Of a stretch of 41,358 nt of DNA, positions 40,271 through 41,358 are shown one piece after another. The notes below the pieces were generated by a model. It worked only from the letters and a program-made list of their open reading frames with translations. It was not told the DNA's origin and ran no database searches. The number at the start of each line of letters is the position of its first letter. The stretch's first letter is position 1. Location: the NCBI GenBank assembly GCA_903944255.1, contig CAJARE010000295.1, forward strand, positions 1-41,358. The letters are read 5' to 3'. This DNA is from an uncultured beta proteobacterium (lineage in GTDB: Bacteria > Pseudomonadota > Gammaproteobacteria > Burkholderiales > Burkholderiaceae). Both the position numbers and the translations under genes were made by a program.

Positions 40271-41358
40271 ATGTTTGATACTATCCGCAGGCACCAAAGA
40301 TTAATGCAGTTTGCACTGATGTTGGTCATCGTGCCTTCTTTTGCTTTTTTTGGAATCTCTAGCTATTCCGGATTCTTGGATAAAGAAACCGACTTGGTGA
40401 AGGTTAACGGTAAACCAATTACCGCTCAAGAAGTAGAAATGAGCGCTAAACGCCAAGCAGAACGTGCTGGTGGTAATTTACAAATTGCCCAAAGTTTGCC
40501 TTTTCGTCAGGCAGTATTGAGTGAGCTTTTACAACAAAGAATCTTAGGTTTCGCTGTGACGGATTTGCGAATACAAGTTGGCAAAGAACTATTGATTAAA
40601 AGCCTTCAAAATATTCCTCAAATCAAAGCTCTCTATAAGCCAGATGGAAGCTTTGATGACGCACGATTTAAGCAGCTCCTGACGAACAACGGTCTCAATG
40701 AAGAGCAGTTCTACGCTAGCCAGGCTTTTGATTTGAAGATTAATCAACTTTTAAACTCCGTTGCAAGAACGGAGTTAGCCTCCCCAAAATTATCTGGAAT
40801 TATTTCTACGCTCTATGAAACAGAGCGCCAGGTTCAATCCTTACAGTTTGATGCAAAGGATTATTTATCTAAGGTAAATCCCAGTCAAGAAGAGCTGCAA
40901 GCTTTTTATGAGGCTAATTCAAAGCTCTTTATTAGTCCAGAATTTATAGATGTTGAATATATTGTTTTGAAGGCAGATCCTAAGGAGGATGCCAAAGCTT
41001 TTAGTGAAAAAGCTGATCAGTTTGCCAATCTGACGTATGACCAATCAGATAGCCTTAAGCCAACAGCAGATAAATTGAGATTAAGCATTCAAAGTCAGAA
41101 AGGATTGACTCGCAGCGGAATCAGCTCTTTAACTAAAGACCATCCTCTGGCTAGTTCCAAAGTTGTGCAGTCCCTATTTTCTGATGAAGCTCTGAAGAAT
41201 AAACGTAATATCGAAGCAGTCCAGGTTTCACCGGGCGTCTTTGTGTCTGCGAGGGTAGTAACGTTCCATCCTGCACAAACACTTCCCTATAATGATGTTG
41301 CTACAGAAGTTAAACGTCAAGTTAGCCAACGATCTGCCGAAAAGTTGGCTATCACGGC
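40271..41358 (+). CDS. ppiD: PpiD-family periplasmic chaperone (SurA N-terminal domain), runs off the window end
   Basis: Manual translation from ATG 40271: MFDTIRRHQRLMQFALMLVIVPSFAFFGISSY (membrane anchor)...VKVNGKPIT...DGSFD...; position after lon and tRNA-Val. Missing from the ORF track because no stop lies in the window. Confidence 0.88.
   Translation, partial: MFDTIRRHQRLMQFALMLVIVPSFAFFGISSYSGFLDKETDLVKVNGKPITAQEVEMSAKRQAERAGGNLQIAQSLPFRQAVLSELLQQRILGFAVTDLRIQVGKELLIKSLQNIPQIKALYKPDGSFDDARFKQLLTNNGLNEEQFYASQAFDLKINQLLNSVARTELASPKLSGIISTLYETERQVQSLQFDAKDYLSKVNPSQEELQAFYEANSKLFISPEFIDVEYIVLKADPKEDAKAFSEKADQFANLTYDQSDSLKPTADKLRLSIQSQKGLTRSGISSLTKDHPLASSKVVQSLFSDEALKNKRNIEAVQVSPGVFVSARVVTFHPAQTLPYNDVATEVKRQVSQRSAEKLAIT

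Noticed and set aside
1-41358. CRISPR arrays, IS elements, prophage or defence systems
   Set aside because: No regularly spaced repeats, transposase, integrase or phage genes seen; almost all sequence is accounted for by housekeeping genes.

Overview
Core chromosomal region of a streamlined, fairly AT-rich betaproteobacterium (Burkholderiaceae; gene content and order are most consistent with Polynucleobacter, which is an inference). In order: 3' part of parC; XdhC/CoxI and MocA-like molybdenum-cofactor accessory genes; RidA-family, VWA and MoxR AAA+ genes; two monoheme cytochromes c; a GntR regulator divergent from a methylmalonyl-CoA (propionyl-CoA assimilation) operon (scpA-meaB-pccB-pccA-epimerase); tsaB-rimI-a psi/UDG-like gene; lplT; alanine racemase; bamD; rluD-pgeF; a PHA cluster (phaC-phaB-phaR-rimO-bktB, no phaA); serB; mfd; ispD-ispF; tRNA-Leu(TAG); tig-clpP-clpX-lon; tRNA-Val(TAC); and a 3'-truncated ppiD that the ORF track misses. 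I see no mobile element, CRISPR array or prophage. The most notable observations: (1) a cysteine-free, catalytically eroded family-4 UDG-like protein with DNA Pol III psi (HolD)-like termini next to rimI; (2) PpiD apparently lacking its parvulin domain; (3) Cox-like maturation genes without a client molybdoenzyme in the window, next to a perfect FNR box; (4) overlapping back-to-back -10 elements suggesting leaderless mfd and ispD mRNAs; (5) several structured or palindromic intergenic regulatory regions. All family assignments come from motif recognition, not database searches.
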